Shown here one piece after another: positions 38,070 through 46,665 of a stretch of 64,000 nucleotides of DNA; the first letter of the stretch is position 1; every line of letters begins with the position of its first letter. The DNA is from Candidatus Poribacteria bacterium (lineage in GTDB: Bacteria > Poribacteria > WGA-4E > PCPOR2b): positions 3,200,001 to 3,264,000 of the forward strand of contig OZ244587.1 of assembly GCA_965218095.1 (NCBI GenBank), written 5' to 3'. The notes under the pieces were generated by a model. That model searched no databases. It was not told the origin of the DNA and saw only the letters and a list, made by a program, of their open reading frames with translations. A program made the translations under genes and the position numbers.

Positions 38070-39431
38070 ATGATAAAATTATCGCTGAAGGGCTACAAAG
38101 TTGCAGTAACTGTTATGATCCTCACGTTCTTTTTGAGCATAAACGTCTTCGCGCTGAACGGCGAAGTAGAGGGTGAAAAGATTGATAACTCAGCGTATGT
38201 TGCAGATACCCTCTGGGTATTGCTTGCCGCGTTTCTTGTTTTCTTTATGCAGGCGGGCTTTGCCATGGTCGAGGCAGGGTTTACACGCGCGAAGAATGCC
38301 GTGAATATCCTGATGAAAAATCTGCTGGATTTCTCAATGGGTTCCATCACCTTCTGGATGGTTGGGTTTGCCATTATGTTTGGCACAGGAAACGCTTTCC
38401 TCGGCTTGAGCGGTTGGTTTGTCCCGGCGGAGTCGAAAGCCTTTGGTTCATTGGAGTGGAGTTCTGTTCCAATATACGCGGCGTGGTTGTTCCAACTGGT
38501 TTTCGCCGCAACGGCAGCAACGATTGTCTCTGGTTCGATGGCTGAACGTACACAATTCAAGAGCTATCTGATTTATAGCATTTTCATCACTGGGCTGATT
38601 TATCCTATTGTCGGACACTGGATCTGGGGTGGTGGCTGGCTCAGCGGTCTGGGAATGGTAGACTTTGCAGGCTCAACCGTTGTTCATTCAACGGGGGGCT
38701 GGCTCGCTTTGACCGGCGCAATCGTCTTGGGACCGCGTGTCGGCAAGTTCGATGGAAACGGAAGATCTCGGCCGATTCCGGGACATAACCTTCCATTGGC
38801 GGCACTCGGCGTGTTTATCCTGTGGCTCGGTTGGTTCGGCTTTAATCCGGGGAGTGAAATGGGCGCACATCCGGTTGCCATTGCTTCAATTGCCGTCACA
38901 ACAAACATCGCAGCCGCAGCCGGTGCAATCGCCGCTATGTTTACAGCCTGGGTGATGCTGAAAAAGCCTGATGCGGGTATGGCACTCAACGGTGCGCTTG
39001 CTGGACTCGTGGCAATTACTGCACCCTGTGCAAACGTAACACCGTGGGCGGCCGCTGTCATTGGGCTACTTGGCGGTATTGTGGTTGTCTTTTCAGTGCT
39101 ATTCTTTGAAAGAATTAAGGTTGATGACCCTGTTGGCGCAATCTCTGTACACGGCACTTGTGGTGTGCTGGGAACGCTCCTGCTTGGCTTCTTCCACACC
39201 GAGCAGGGACTTTTCTACGGCGGCGGTGCCAAGTTACTCGGTGTTCAGTTCGTCGGTGTTGTGTCAGTCTTTGCGTGGTGCATGGTTACAGGTCTTATCC
39301 TGTTTTCCGCAATTAAAGCGATTGTCGGCCTGCGCGTCAGCGAAGAGGAAGAGGTTGAAGGGCTGGATTACGGTGAACATGGTGCGAGCGCATATCCAGA
39401 TTTCTCGATATCTTCCGTCGGTCGATTTTAG
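38070..39431 (+). CDS. amt: Ammonium transporter (Amt), paralogue 1
   Basis: FMQAGFAMVEAG, FQLVFAATAATIVSG, DFAGSTVVH, GWFGFNPGS, DDPVGAISVHG, GLDYGEHG. Confidence 0.97.
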   Translation: MIKLSLKGYKVAVTVMILTFFLSINVFALNGEVEGEKIDNSAYVADTLWVLLAAFLVFFMQAGFAMVEAGFTRAKNAVNILMKNLLDFSMGSITFWMVGFAIMFGTGNAFLGLSGWFVPAESKAFGSLEWSSVPIYAAWLFQLVFAATAATIVSGSMAERTQFKSYLIYSIFITGLIYPIVGHWIWGGGWLSGLGMVDFAGSTVVHSTGGWLALTGAIVLGPRVGKFDGNGRSRPIPGHNLPLAALGVFILWLGWFGFNPGSEMGAHPVAIASIAVTTNIAAAAGAIAAMFTAWVMLKKPDAGMALNGALAGLVAITAPCANVTPWAAAVIGLLGGIVVVFSVLFFERIKVDDPVGAISVHGTCGVLGTLLLGFFHTEQGLFYGGGAKLLGVQFVGVVSVFAWCMVTGLILFSAIKAIVGLRVSEEEEVEGLDYGEHGASAYPDFSISSVGRF

Positions 39432-39591
39432 TAGCTGAAATGGTGAAGCCTCCTTATATTGATAACCAAGCATAACGCCTTTCATTCTGGATGCTGAGCC
39501 GGTTCTTCCCCACAACCATATCCCGGCAAAGCCTCCTATGGGTAATAATGCTTTATCATCATTCGGAAATGTATAAGTTATCAAAAAATAA

Positions 39592-39626
39592 ATAAAGTAC
39601 CGGCTTAATGCGGGTGCTTTTTTTTA
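39592..39626 (+). terminator. Intrinsic terminator after amt1
   Basis: AAAGTACCGGC ttaat GCGGGTGCTTT followed by a T-run. Confidence 0.65.
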
Positions 39627-39863
39627 ATGCGTGCTTGAGTTTAGTAAATTCGAGGCCGAAAACTAAATGACCCTATTACATGCGTTTGGTTGATTTATCT
39701 GGTTGCTTTTGGGTGATGGAGAGAGCCGGCTTTAAATCATAACTCATTTTCACAGTCGTGAACCCCACGGAGGCTAATAAGAGTGTGTCTGCTGTCCGGC
39801 GCGGAAAAAGAGGTGGATTTTTCTGTCCGCACGCGGGAGATTTTTCCCTTCAATTGAGAATTG

Positions 39864-39912
39864 CTAATTACATGTAATTAGGCTTGATCTTATCCTTATA
39901 TTATGCTAGAAT
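39864..39912 (+). promoter_or_regulatory. Perfect 18-bp palindrome abutting a sigma70-like promoter for amt2
   Basis: CTAATTACATGTAATTAG 39864-39881; TTGATC-N17-TAGAAT with extended TG. Confidence 0.65.
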
Positions 39913-39951
39913 GGGGTTTATTGATGTTTCTTTACTAATCTCTAACTCTAA

Positions 39952-41358
39952 ATGGAGGCTGAGATGCAACAACCACAGAATGCATGTAGATTTCAGAAAT
40001 ATACAAAGAAACCAGAAAGACTTTTAAGAAGCGGTAAGTCCAGATGCGTTTTGGGCATGCTATTAATCCTGATGTTTTTAGCACTGCCAAAACTGGTTCT
40101 GGCTCAAGACACACTTGATTCAGGCGACACGGCCTGGATGCTCACCTCGACTGCGTTGGTTCTGTTCATGACTATTCCTGGTCTAGCGCTTTTCTATGGG
40201 GGGCTAGTACGCACCAAAAATGTGCTGTCGGTGTTAATGCAGTGTTTTTCGCTGACCGGGCTGATAACCATCTTATGGGTCGTGATTGGTTACAGCTTCG
40301 TCTTTGATACAACAGGTATGGTTGCGAAAGCGACCACCTTTCATTCATTTGTGGGAGGGTTTGGCAAGATTTTCCTTCGTGGCGTGAATGTAGACAGTCT
40401 ATCGGGCACCATCCCGGAAACGGTATTTATCACATTCCAAATGACCTTTGCCATCATCACCCCGGCGCTTATCACGGGTGCCTTTGCCGAGCGGATGAAA
40501 TTTTCCGCCATGCTCTGGTTCATGGGGCTCTGGTCTCTCATTGTGTATGCGCCGATCTGCCACATGACGTGGAGTGGGGCTGGTTCATTCTTTGGAGATA
40601 TTCTGGGCGCTCTCGATTTTGCGGGCGGAACGGTGGTACATATCAATGCGGGTATTGCTGCGCTTGTTTCCGCATTGCTGATTGGCAAACGCCTGGGCTA
40701 TCCGGATTCACCCATGACGCCCCACAGCCTGACGCTGACAATTGTGGGTGCGTCCATGCTCTGGGTTGGCTGGTTCGGTTTCAACGCCGGTAGCGCCGTG
40801 GCTGCTGACGGTGCTGCGGGGATGGCCATGCTTGTAACCCAGATTTCGACAGCGACGGCTGCATTGGCATGGATGTTTGTCGAGTGGGTGAAGCATGGTA
40901 AGCCGAGCGTATTGGGCATCGTCACCGGTGCTGTGGCGGGTCTTGTGGCGATTACGCCAGCATCAGGCAGCGTTGGTCCCATGGGCGCGTTAGTCATCGG
41001 TTTGGCATCGGGCGTGCTCTGCTTTTGGGGTGCAACCAGTCTCAAACAGAGCATGGGCTACGATGATTCGCTGGATGCCTTTGGAGTGCATGGTATCGGT
41101 GGCATTGTTGGCTGTTTGCTAACTGGCGTATTTGTCGCTAAAGGATTGGGTGGTCAAGGTCTTGCTGATGGTATGACCATCGGAAAACAATTGGGAGCAC
41201 AGTTTATCAGTATCATCGTTACCGTAGTTTACTGTGGAGTGCTTTCTTTTATTATTCTTAAGATAGTCGACGCAACGGTTGGCTTGCGCGTTGAGCCGGA
41301 TGAAGAGCAGGATGGCTTGGACCTCGCACTACACGACGAACGGGGTTACAACTCGTAA
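39952..41358 (+). CDS. amtB: Ammonium transporter AmtB, paralogue 2
   Basis: GDTAWML, PGLALFYGG, FQMTFAIITPAL, DFAGGTVVH, YDDSLDAFGVHG, GLDLALH. Confidence 0.97.
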   Translation: MEAEMQQPQNACRFQKYTKKPERLLRSGKSRCVLGMLLILMFLALPKLVLAQDTLDSGDTAWMLTSTALVLFMTIPGLALFYGGLVRTKNVLSVLMQCFSLTGLITILWVVIGYSFVFDTTGMVAKATTFHSFVGGFGKIFLRGVNVDSLSGTIPETVFITFQMTFAIITPALITGAFAERMKFSAMLWFMGLWSLIVYAPICHMTWSGAGSFFGDILGALDFAGGTVVHINAGIAALVSALLIGKRLGYPDSPMTPHSLTLTIVGASMLWVGWFGFNAGSAVAADGAAGMAMLVTQISTATAALAWMFVEWVKHGKPSVLGIVTGAVAGLVAITPASGSVGPMGALVIGLASGVLCFWGATSLKQSMGYDDSLDAFGVHGIGGIVGCLLTGVFVAKGLGGQGLADGMTIGKQLGAQFISIIVTVVYCGVLSFIILKIVDATVGLRVEPDEEQDGLDLALHDERGYNS

Positions 41359-41384
41359 AGAAAGAAATGTTGGTTAAAGACCGT

Positions 41385-41425
41385 GGATTTCGTAGAAGAA
41401 CGCGGATCGATAATCTACGAAATCC
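41385..41425. repeat. Inverted repeat after amtB
   Basis: GGATTTCGTAGA...TCTACGAAATCC, 12-bp perfect stem. Confidence 0.6.
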
Positions 41426-41501
41426 GACAGCATCTGCAGTTCTATTTTTTTCAGTCACGGTAAAAGGATGGTACACGTTCAGCTATCTCTATCATCACCC
41501 C

Positions 41502-41533
41502 AGAACCGAGTTTTTGGCAAAAACTCGGTTTCT
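41502..41533. repeat. Palindromic REP-like element
   Basis: AGAACCGAGTTTTTG GCAAAAACTCGGTTTCT. Confidence 0.65.
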
Positions 41534-41581
41534 CGCCAAAGGTATCGTCCTTTTGCCATCATTGTTTTTTTCAAGTACGTT

Positions 41582-42454
41582 TCACCCCTCACGTTCCTGT
41601 GTTAGGCTTTTGTAAACGATTCCAATCCATCGTTCCGTGGAAATGAAACCCTGCCCCCAAGACTGCCATTTATCGGGAAGTCCTCTAGTTTTTATTTCTT
41701 CCAGACTTTTCCCTTCTTTTATCCGAGTCCGAATGAGATCCGTTGTTTCCACAAGCATCTGGTGATAAGTCTTCAGTTCATTGATGCCGGAAAGTGGACC
41801 GTGCCCCGGAATCAGCTTCACGTCAGGTGGAAGTTCGCTCAAGATCTTCTCAACATGCTTCGTCAATCCCTCCACGTCCCCGCCGCTGTCTAAATCGACA
41901 TAGGGAAAGCGACCCGAGAAAAAGAGATCGCCTGTATGTACGACGTTTGATTCAGTAAAGAAAATGACGCTGTCGCCATCGGTATGGCTATTCGGAAAGT
42001 GCATGACGCGGATCTCTTCATCGTTGAAGTGGACAGACATCGAAGTGTCAAATGTCAATACCGGCAGACCTTCCTTCGATGGGAACTTAACCGACAGTCG
42101 CTTGCGGACATTGGTATGGGCAATGATGGGCGCTTCTGCCCCGAAAACCGCATTGCCACCGGTATGATCGCCGTGGTGGTGGGTGTTGAGCACGAATTTT
42201 AATCTTCCGTCTCCCAGCTTTTTGAGGACGGCACGAATTTTCTCCGCCAGCGGCTCGAACTGATCATCAATAAGCAGAATACCGTCCGCTCCAACCGCCA
42301 CGCCGATATTCCCACCAGCCCCTTCAAGCATATAGATGGCGCCAGCAACATGGGTGGTCTTAATCTTAACGTTTGAAAAATCCCTCTGCGCCCAGATAGT
42401 GATGCAAAAGGCAGCTATGGCTATCGCAATTATTACGTAAGCAAAACGTCTCAT
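41582..42454 (-). CDS. MBL-fold metallo-hydrolase (cyclase-like), secreted
   Basis: GAGGNIG, NTHHHGDHTGGN, SHTDGD, HTGDLFF, IPGHG. Confidence 0.9.
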   Translation of the reverse strand: MRRFAYVIIAIAIAAFCITIWAQRDFSNVKIKTTHVAGAIYMLEGAGGNIGVAVGADGILLIDDQFEPLAEKIRAVLKKLGDGRLKFVLNTHHHGDHTGGNAVFGAEAPIIAHTNVRKRLSVKFPSKEGLPVLTFDTSMSVHFNDEEIRVMHFPNSHTDGDSVIFFTESNVVHTGDLFFSGRFPYVDLDSGGDVEGLTKHVEKILSELPPDVKLIPGHGPLSGINELKTYHQMLVETTDLIRTRIKEGKSLEEIKTRGLPDKWQSWGQGFISTERWIGIVYKSLTQEREG

Positions 42455-42605
42455 AGATTTGTTCTCCTTCCTCTGTCGAATGAGCTGAGAAGTGGTCATA
42501 ATTCGGATTCTGTGAAGTTTAGATTGATGGGCGGAACCGGAGGACGGAGAAACACCCCCTTCGATGCTCCGCACAGCCGTTCGCTTTCAACAATTCAGTT
42601 ACTGC

Positions 42606-43274
42606 TTATGAAGATGAACCCATCTGGTACACAGCACGATAGATCTTCCGTCCTTCAGCCCGGTATTTGATCTCAAAGCTCGTTGGAATATGCTCCACTT
42701 CAATTGAATCGGGTGTAACATAGACCAAAGGCGGGGTGTGAGTCAGTCTCTGGTGAATCTCGTAGAAATACTCTGCGTAGTCTGTGGCGAGATGAAGGCA
42801 TCCACCATTTGGATTAAGCGTCCGGATGAGCGCACGTAGCCAGATCTCGTTTCTAAAGAGCCGACGCTTGTGATGACGCTTCTTGGGCCACGGGTCGGGA
42901 AAGTAGACATGATACACTCTCACCGAGCCATCGGCGACATAGCAATCGACAAAGTAAGCAGCGTCGCTCCTAACGAGAAGAACGTTTGTGGCGTTCTGTT
43001 GCAGCAGCAGCTCCTTTGCCCGCTGAAGGTATTTCAGCGCCCGCTCAACGCCAACGTAATTAGCCTCCGGGCGCCGCTTCCAGACTTCAAGTAGAAAACG
43101 CCCCTTGCCGCAGCCAATCTCTATCTCAACGGGATTGTCATTCCCAAAGATCGCCTGCCAATCCATCGGGCGTTCAATGTTGGTTAGATTGGTCTTCGTG
43201 TCTTCCCTGAGATCGAACAGAGCAGATCTCCTCGCCATAATCTCAAAGAATTTCTCATAGTGTGATTCATCCAT
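42606..43274 (-). CDS. trmB: tRNA (guanine-N7)-methyltransferase
   Basis: EIGCGKGRF, YFPDPWPKKRHHKRRL, LATD, TSFEIKY. Confidence 0.95.
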   Translation of the reverse strand: MDESHYEKFFEIMARRSALFDLREDTKTNLTNIERPMDWQAIFGNDNPVEIEIGCGKGRFLLEVWKRRPEANYVGVERALKYLQRAKELLLQQNATNVLLVRSDAAYFVDCYVADGSVRVYHVYFPDPWPKKRHHKRRLFRNEIWLRALIRTLNPNGGCLHLATDYAEYFYEIHQRLTHTPPLVYVTPDSIEVEHIPTSFEIKYRAEGRKIYRAVYQMGSSS

Positions 43275-43364
43275 TCCGTTTGTTTCCTCACCTATCGGGA
43301 TGATTCAGAAATGAATTGATACTTTAAACCCATTGCGGCTGAAGTCCGACAGATCACTGGAAAC

Positions 43365-43450
43365 TGATACAGGATACAGAATTCAATTGTATCCTGTATC
43401 TGGCATTCCCGATTGCAAATCGGGGTTACCCTCGATCTCTGATCGGGGCT
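43365..43450. repeat. GATACAG heptamer hairpin followed by CCCGAT..ATCGGG hairpins
   Basis: gatacag gatacag aattcaat tgtatcc tgtatct; ccccgattgcaaatcgggg. Confidence 0.7.
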
Positions 43451-43556
43451 CAACTTGCATTTTGGTAAGGATTAACCTTGCGAAATTTCCCCATTTTTCG
43501 GTGTCAAAATTTGTTGAGTGGAGTACAAGCTAGGCTGCGTATAAAACGTACCAGCT

Positions 43557-44981
43557 TTACACGCTATTCCTCGCCGGCCTTCTAATGTTTGGTTTAACAC
43601 AAAGCTCATAGACCAGTTGCTCTAAGATACATTCCGGATCTAATTGGCTGCTTTTGAGTTGTATATCCGCATCCAGTGTTTTCTCTAATCCGTCGATCAA
43701 TTCCTCTGTACTAAAATAGGGAATCGCTTGGATCACTTTATAAGCAGCGTAAGGATTCTGCTTGAGGAGGTTGACTTGAGCCGATTTGGGGAGGAGATCT
43801 GCTGCCTTCGCAGCGACCGGCTTAAACACGGTATCTGCAAAACTCTGGTAATTCATTCGACCCGCCGTTGGCTTCAACTCCCCCTTCTCAGCAAGCAGTT
43901 TGGCCTGAAGCATGAGTCGGATCTGTCGGGTGATTAGGGCGTTGACTTTAATTGGTGGCTCACCGCTTTCCAATACGCTGTAAAGGCTAGACAATGCCTG
44001 CGAAATCGATCTTTTTCCAAGTGCGTCTGTAAGCGCGAAAATGTTCTCAAAACTGCTTTGGGCGACGAGGGTTTGGATATCTCTCTCGTCAATCCGCGTC
44101 TTCTCTCCAACGAAAGCGACCAGCTTTTCGATCGCTTCCGAAATCAGATACATATCGTTGCCGGTTCGCTTCTGAAGCAGATTAAAAGCGCCAGGCATTA
44201 TCTGCTTCCCAAACGCTTCAAGCCTTCTGAAAACGCTTTGGAAAACCCTATCCTGCTGGATGGATTTCCCAACCTCCAAAGGCGCAAAAGCGACATATCT
44301 GCCGACACGATTGATCGATTTGACAAGCCGACTCCGTCCATCAACATTCCCTTTGAAGGTAAAGATTAGAACACTCGTTTTGGGTAACTCCCCTTGTAGC
44401 CACTCAATTAGCAATTCGGTATCGTCAGTCGTCTCTGATATGTGTTGCAAATCATCGATCTGGGCAGCAATTTGGGGTAGGTTGTTGAGAAACTCAAGGT
44501 CTTCCGGACGCAAGGCTTCCCGGTGCTCCTCAATGAGTGCTCTGATTGCGCTCCCGAAGTCACCACTTTGATCAGCGATCTCCTGCGCCGAAACGCCCAG
44601 GACTTTAACCATCAGTGAGATCGCCTTCCGTGGATTTCCCTCTGCGGTGGCATCAGCGGCATTTTGTATCACATCCAGCGGTAATTCGCCTTTCTGCGTC
44701 TTGAACACCGTTGACTCATTCACGACAACGACGCGCCAATCCGCCATCACCGGATAGACTTCTACTGCGCTCAGAATGTCACGAACAGAAACTTCTATCC
44801 CATCAAGGAAAGTCAGGTTGAAATCGCGGGTACTCGGCTCCAAGATACTTTCAAGCATCTGCTTGAAGGTAGTCTCAATCAGAAAGCTTTCTTCGCCGCA
44901 CAACAAGTAGACAGGATAAACTTTGCCCCCTTGGATTTCTTTGATAATATTGGGTGGTGAGGTTTGTGATTGTTGTTTCAT
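43557..44981 (-). CDS. holA: DNA polymerase III delta subunit, elongated
   Basis: YPVYLLCGEESFLIE, DFNLTFLDG, RVVVV, NIFALTDAL, ADIQLKS. Confidence 0.88.
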   Translation of the reverse strand: MKQQSQTSPPNIIKEIQGGKVYPVYLLCGEESFLIETTFKQMLESILEPSTRDFNLTFLDGIEVSVRDILSAVEVYPVMADWRVVVVNESTVFKTQKGELPLDVIQNAADATAEGNPRKAISLMVKVLGVSAQEIADQSGDFGSAIRALIEEHREALRPEDLEFLNNLPQIAAQIDDLQHISETTDDTELLIEWLQGELPKTSVLIFTFKGNVDGRSRLVKSINRVGRYVAFAPLEVGKSIQQDRVFQSVFRRLEAFGKQIMPGAFNLLQKRTGNDMYLISEAIEKLVAFVGEKTRIDERDIQTLVAQSSFENIFALTDALGKRSISQALSSLYSVLESGEPPIKVNALITRQIRLMLQAKLLAEKGELKPTAGRMNYQSFADTVFKPVAAKAADLLPKSAQVNLLKQNPYAAYKVIQAIPYFSTEELIDGLEKTLDADIQLKSSQLDPECILEQLVYELCVKPNIRRPARNSV

Positions 44982-45031
44982 AGATGCGTGAAACGTGAAG
45001 ATCTGACGTAATGATTTCGATGTATCCGGCC

Positions 45032-45277
45032 TTACCCGGTAAACTCGCTAGAATAGCGTATGGTAGACCAGTTGGGTTCACCAAGCCAGATCTTCCATTT
45101 CTGATCATATTCTAATTTGCTCTCGACTTCAAATTCTTCATCATGGAGCCAAACAAGCATACCTGTGTGGATTTTCTTTTCTCGCTTGAAAAGGTTACTC
45201 AGCGAACCATGGGTATTCAGCCTGACTTTGCCATTTTCTTCACAGTTGTTGATGTCAGCGTAGATACGAATCGCCAT
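45032..45277 (-). CDS. 81-aa hypothetical protein, possible immunity protein
   Basis: GAGGT RBS; IRIYADINN..GKVRLNTHGSL..W..EPNWST; downstream of a toxin-like remnant. Confidence 0.6.
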   Translation of the reverse strand: MAIRIYADINNCEENGKVRLNTHGSLSNLFKREKKIHTGMLVWLHDEEFEVESKLEYDQKWKIWLGEPNWSTIRYSSEFTG

Positions 45278-45289
45278 TTTTTCACCTCA

Positions 45290-45399
45290 CTAAAATGGGG
45301 ATGGATTGGGCATCTGCCGAAAAGTCTTACTCAATGCTGCAATTGCTGTGGAGTTGCGATACCACCACGAACGACAATATCAGATTCCGTTAGTCTCAT
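45290..45399 (-). pseudogene. Internally deleted small toxin-like gene
   Basis: MRLTESDIVVRGGIATPQQL joined out of frame to ALSKTFRQMPNPSPF*. Confidence 0.4.
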
Positions 45400-45582
45400 A
45401 ATCTCTTACCCATCATAGGAGAGAAACTCATACGTCCATCATTTTAGCAAACTGTGTTTCGATTGTCAATCATCAAAAATACGCCGTATCCAACCCGCCG
45501 GCTAGAGTGGGTAATTTTGGTGTTGCATTCTCATTCCGTCTGATATAGAATTCATCGCGGGTAGTTTCTTGGAAGTCTAATA

Positions 45583-45643
45583 GAGCACAGCGAAGAATCT
45601 CCTCGTTAAGGTGCAAGAGATGCTTCACTTCGTTGAGGGTGAC
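45583..45643. repeat. REP-like element of the GCGAAGAATCT...AGATGCTTCGCT type
   Basis: gcacagcgaagaatct...agatgcttcacttcgttgagggtgac. Confidence 0.6.
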
Positions 45644-45768
45644 GGGAGAAGTGCGCGTTTTACTCGCTATAAGTTCATATTATAGATACTTGTACAAACC
45701 CCGATTTTACTCCGCAGTTGTTGTGACAAACCGGTTCTCAGCAGGATATACACCAAGAGGAGTCGTTT

Positions 45769-46566
45769 ATGAAAATTACTGTTCTCGGTTCAGGCACTTC
45801 GACAGGCGTTCCCGAATATAAGTGTGACTGTGACACCTGTGAAGATGCCCGGAAGTTCGGATCAAAAAATTATCGGACGCGCCCATCAATTCACATTGAG
45901 AAGGACGGAAAACACTTGCAGTTTGATCTCGGTCCCAACTTCATCGATCAGATCGACAGGAACAAGGTCGAATGGATCGACGCGGTTGTGTTTACCCATT
46001 GCCACGCCGATCATGTGAGTGGAACGAACGATATTGTGATGCCGTGCCGCAAACAGCAGATGGACATGCCGATCTACGGCTCGGAGGAGACGATTCGCAT
46101 CCTTCAACGCAATTTCGATTATATGTTCAGCAAGGAGACATTTGCGGGCGGTGGGGTCGGGCATCTACTACCTCATATCGTCGAGGAGAAATTTGAATTG
46201 CATGGGTACGAAATTACGCCGATTCCCGTTGAGCACGGCGCCGTCGTGACGTATGGCTATCGAATCGACAACTTCGGCTATGTCCCCGACGCAAAACGGA
46301 TGCCCGATTCTTCCAAAGCGTTGCTGCACGGCATCGATTTACTGATCATTGATGCGCTCAGTTTCAATCCACGCCATCCGACCCACCTCTCCGTCGGAGA
46401 AGCAATCGAGATTGCCGAGGAACTGCAACCCAAAGCAACCTACTTTACGCACATCATGCACCGACTCGATCATCGTTACTTGGCGGATCAGTGCCGGGAA
46501 CAGAATATTGATCTGCCTGAGAATGTCTATCTATCATACGACGGACAGGTATTTGAAATCTCATAG
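45769..46566 (+). CDS. MBL-fold hydrolase, PhnP/YycJ-like
   Basis: LGSGTSTGVP..CDCDTC, THCHADH, HPTHLS, FTHIMH, SYDG. Confidence 0.92.
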   Translation: MKITVLGSGTSTGVPEYKCDCDTCEDARKFGSKNYRTRPSIHIEKDGKHLQFDLGPNFIDQIDRNKVEWIDAVVFTHCHADHVSGTNDIVMPCRKQQMDMPIYGSEETIRILQRNFDYMFSKETFAGGGVGHLLPHIVEEKFELHGYEITPIPVEHGAVVTYGYRIDNFGYVPDAKRMPDSSKALLHGIDLLIIDALSFNPRHPTHLSVGEAIEIAEELQPKATYFTHIMHRLDHRYLADQCREQNIDLPENVYLSYDGQVFEIS

Positions 46567-46612
46567 CGTGCGTGGAAGATCGACCTGCAACTCTGCTCCC
46601 GGTAGGAGAAAT

Positions 46613-46643
46613 AAAAAAAGCGCCTCGGTCTAACGAGGCGCTT
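46613..46643 (-). terminator. Intrinsic terminator of the efflux operon
   Basis: AAGCGCCTCG-loop-CGAGGCGCTT plus a T-run on the minus strand. Confidence 0.8.
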
Positions 46644-46665
46644 GAATCTAAAATCGACAGAACGA

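Noticed and set aside
39432-39860. glnK remnant or glutamine riboswitch between the amt genes
   Set aside because: No PII motifs or recognisable riboswitch consensus; only a terminator and weak inverted repeats
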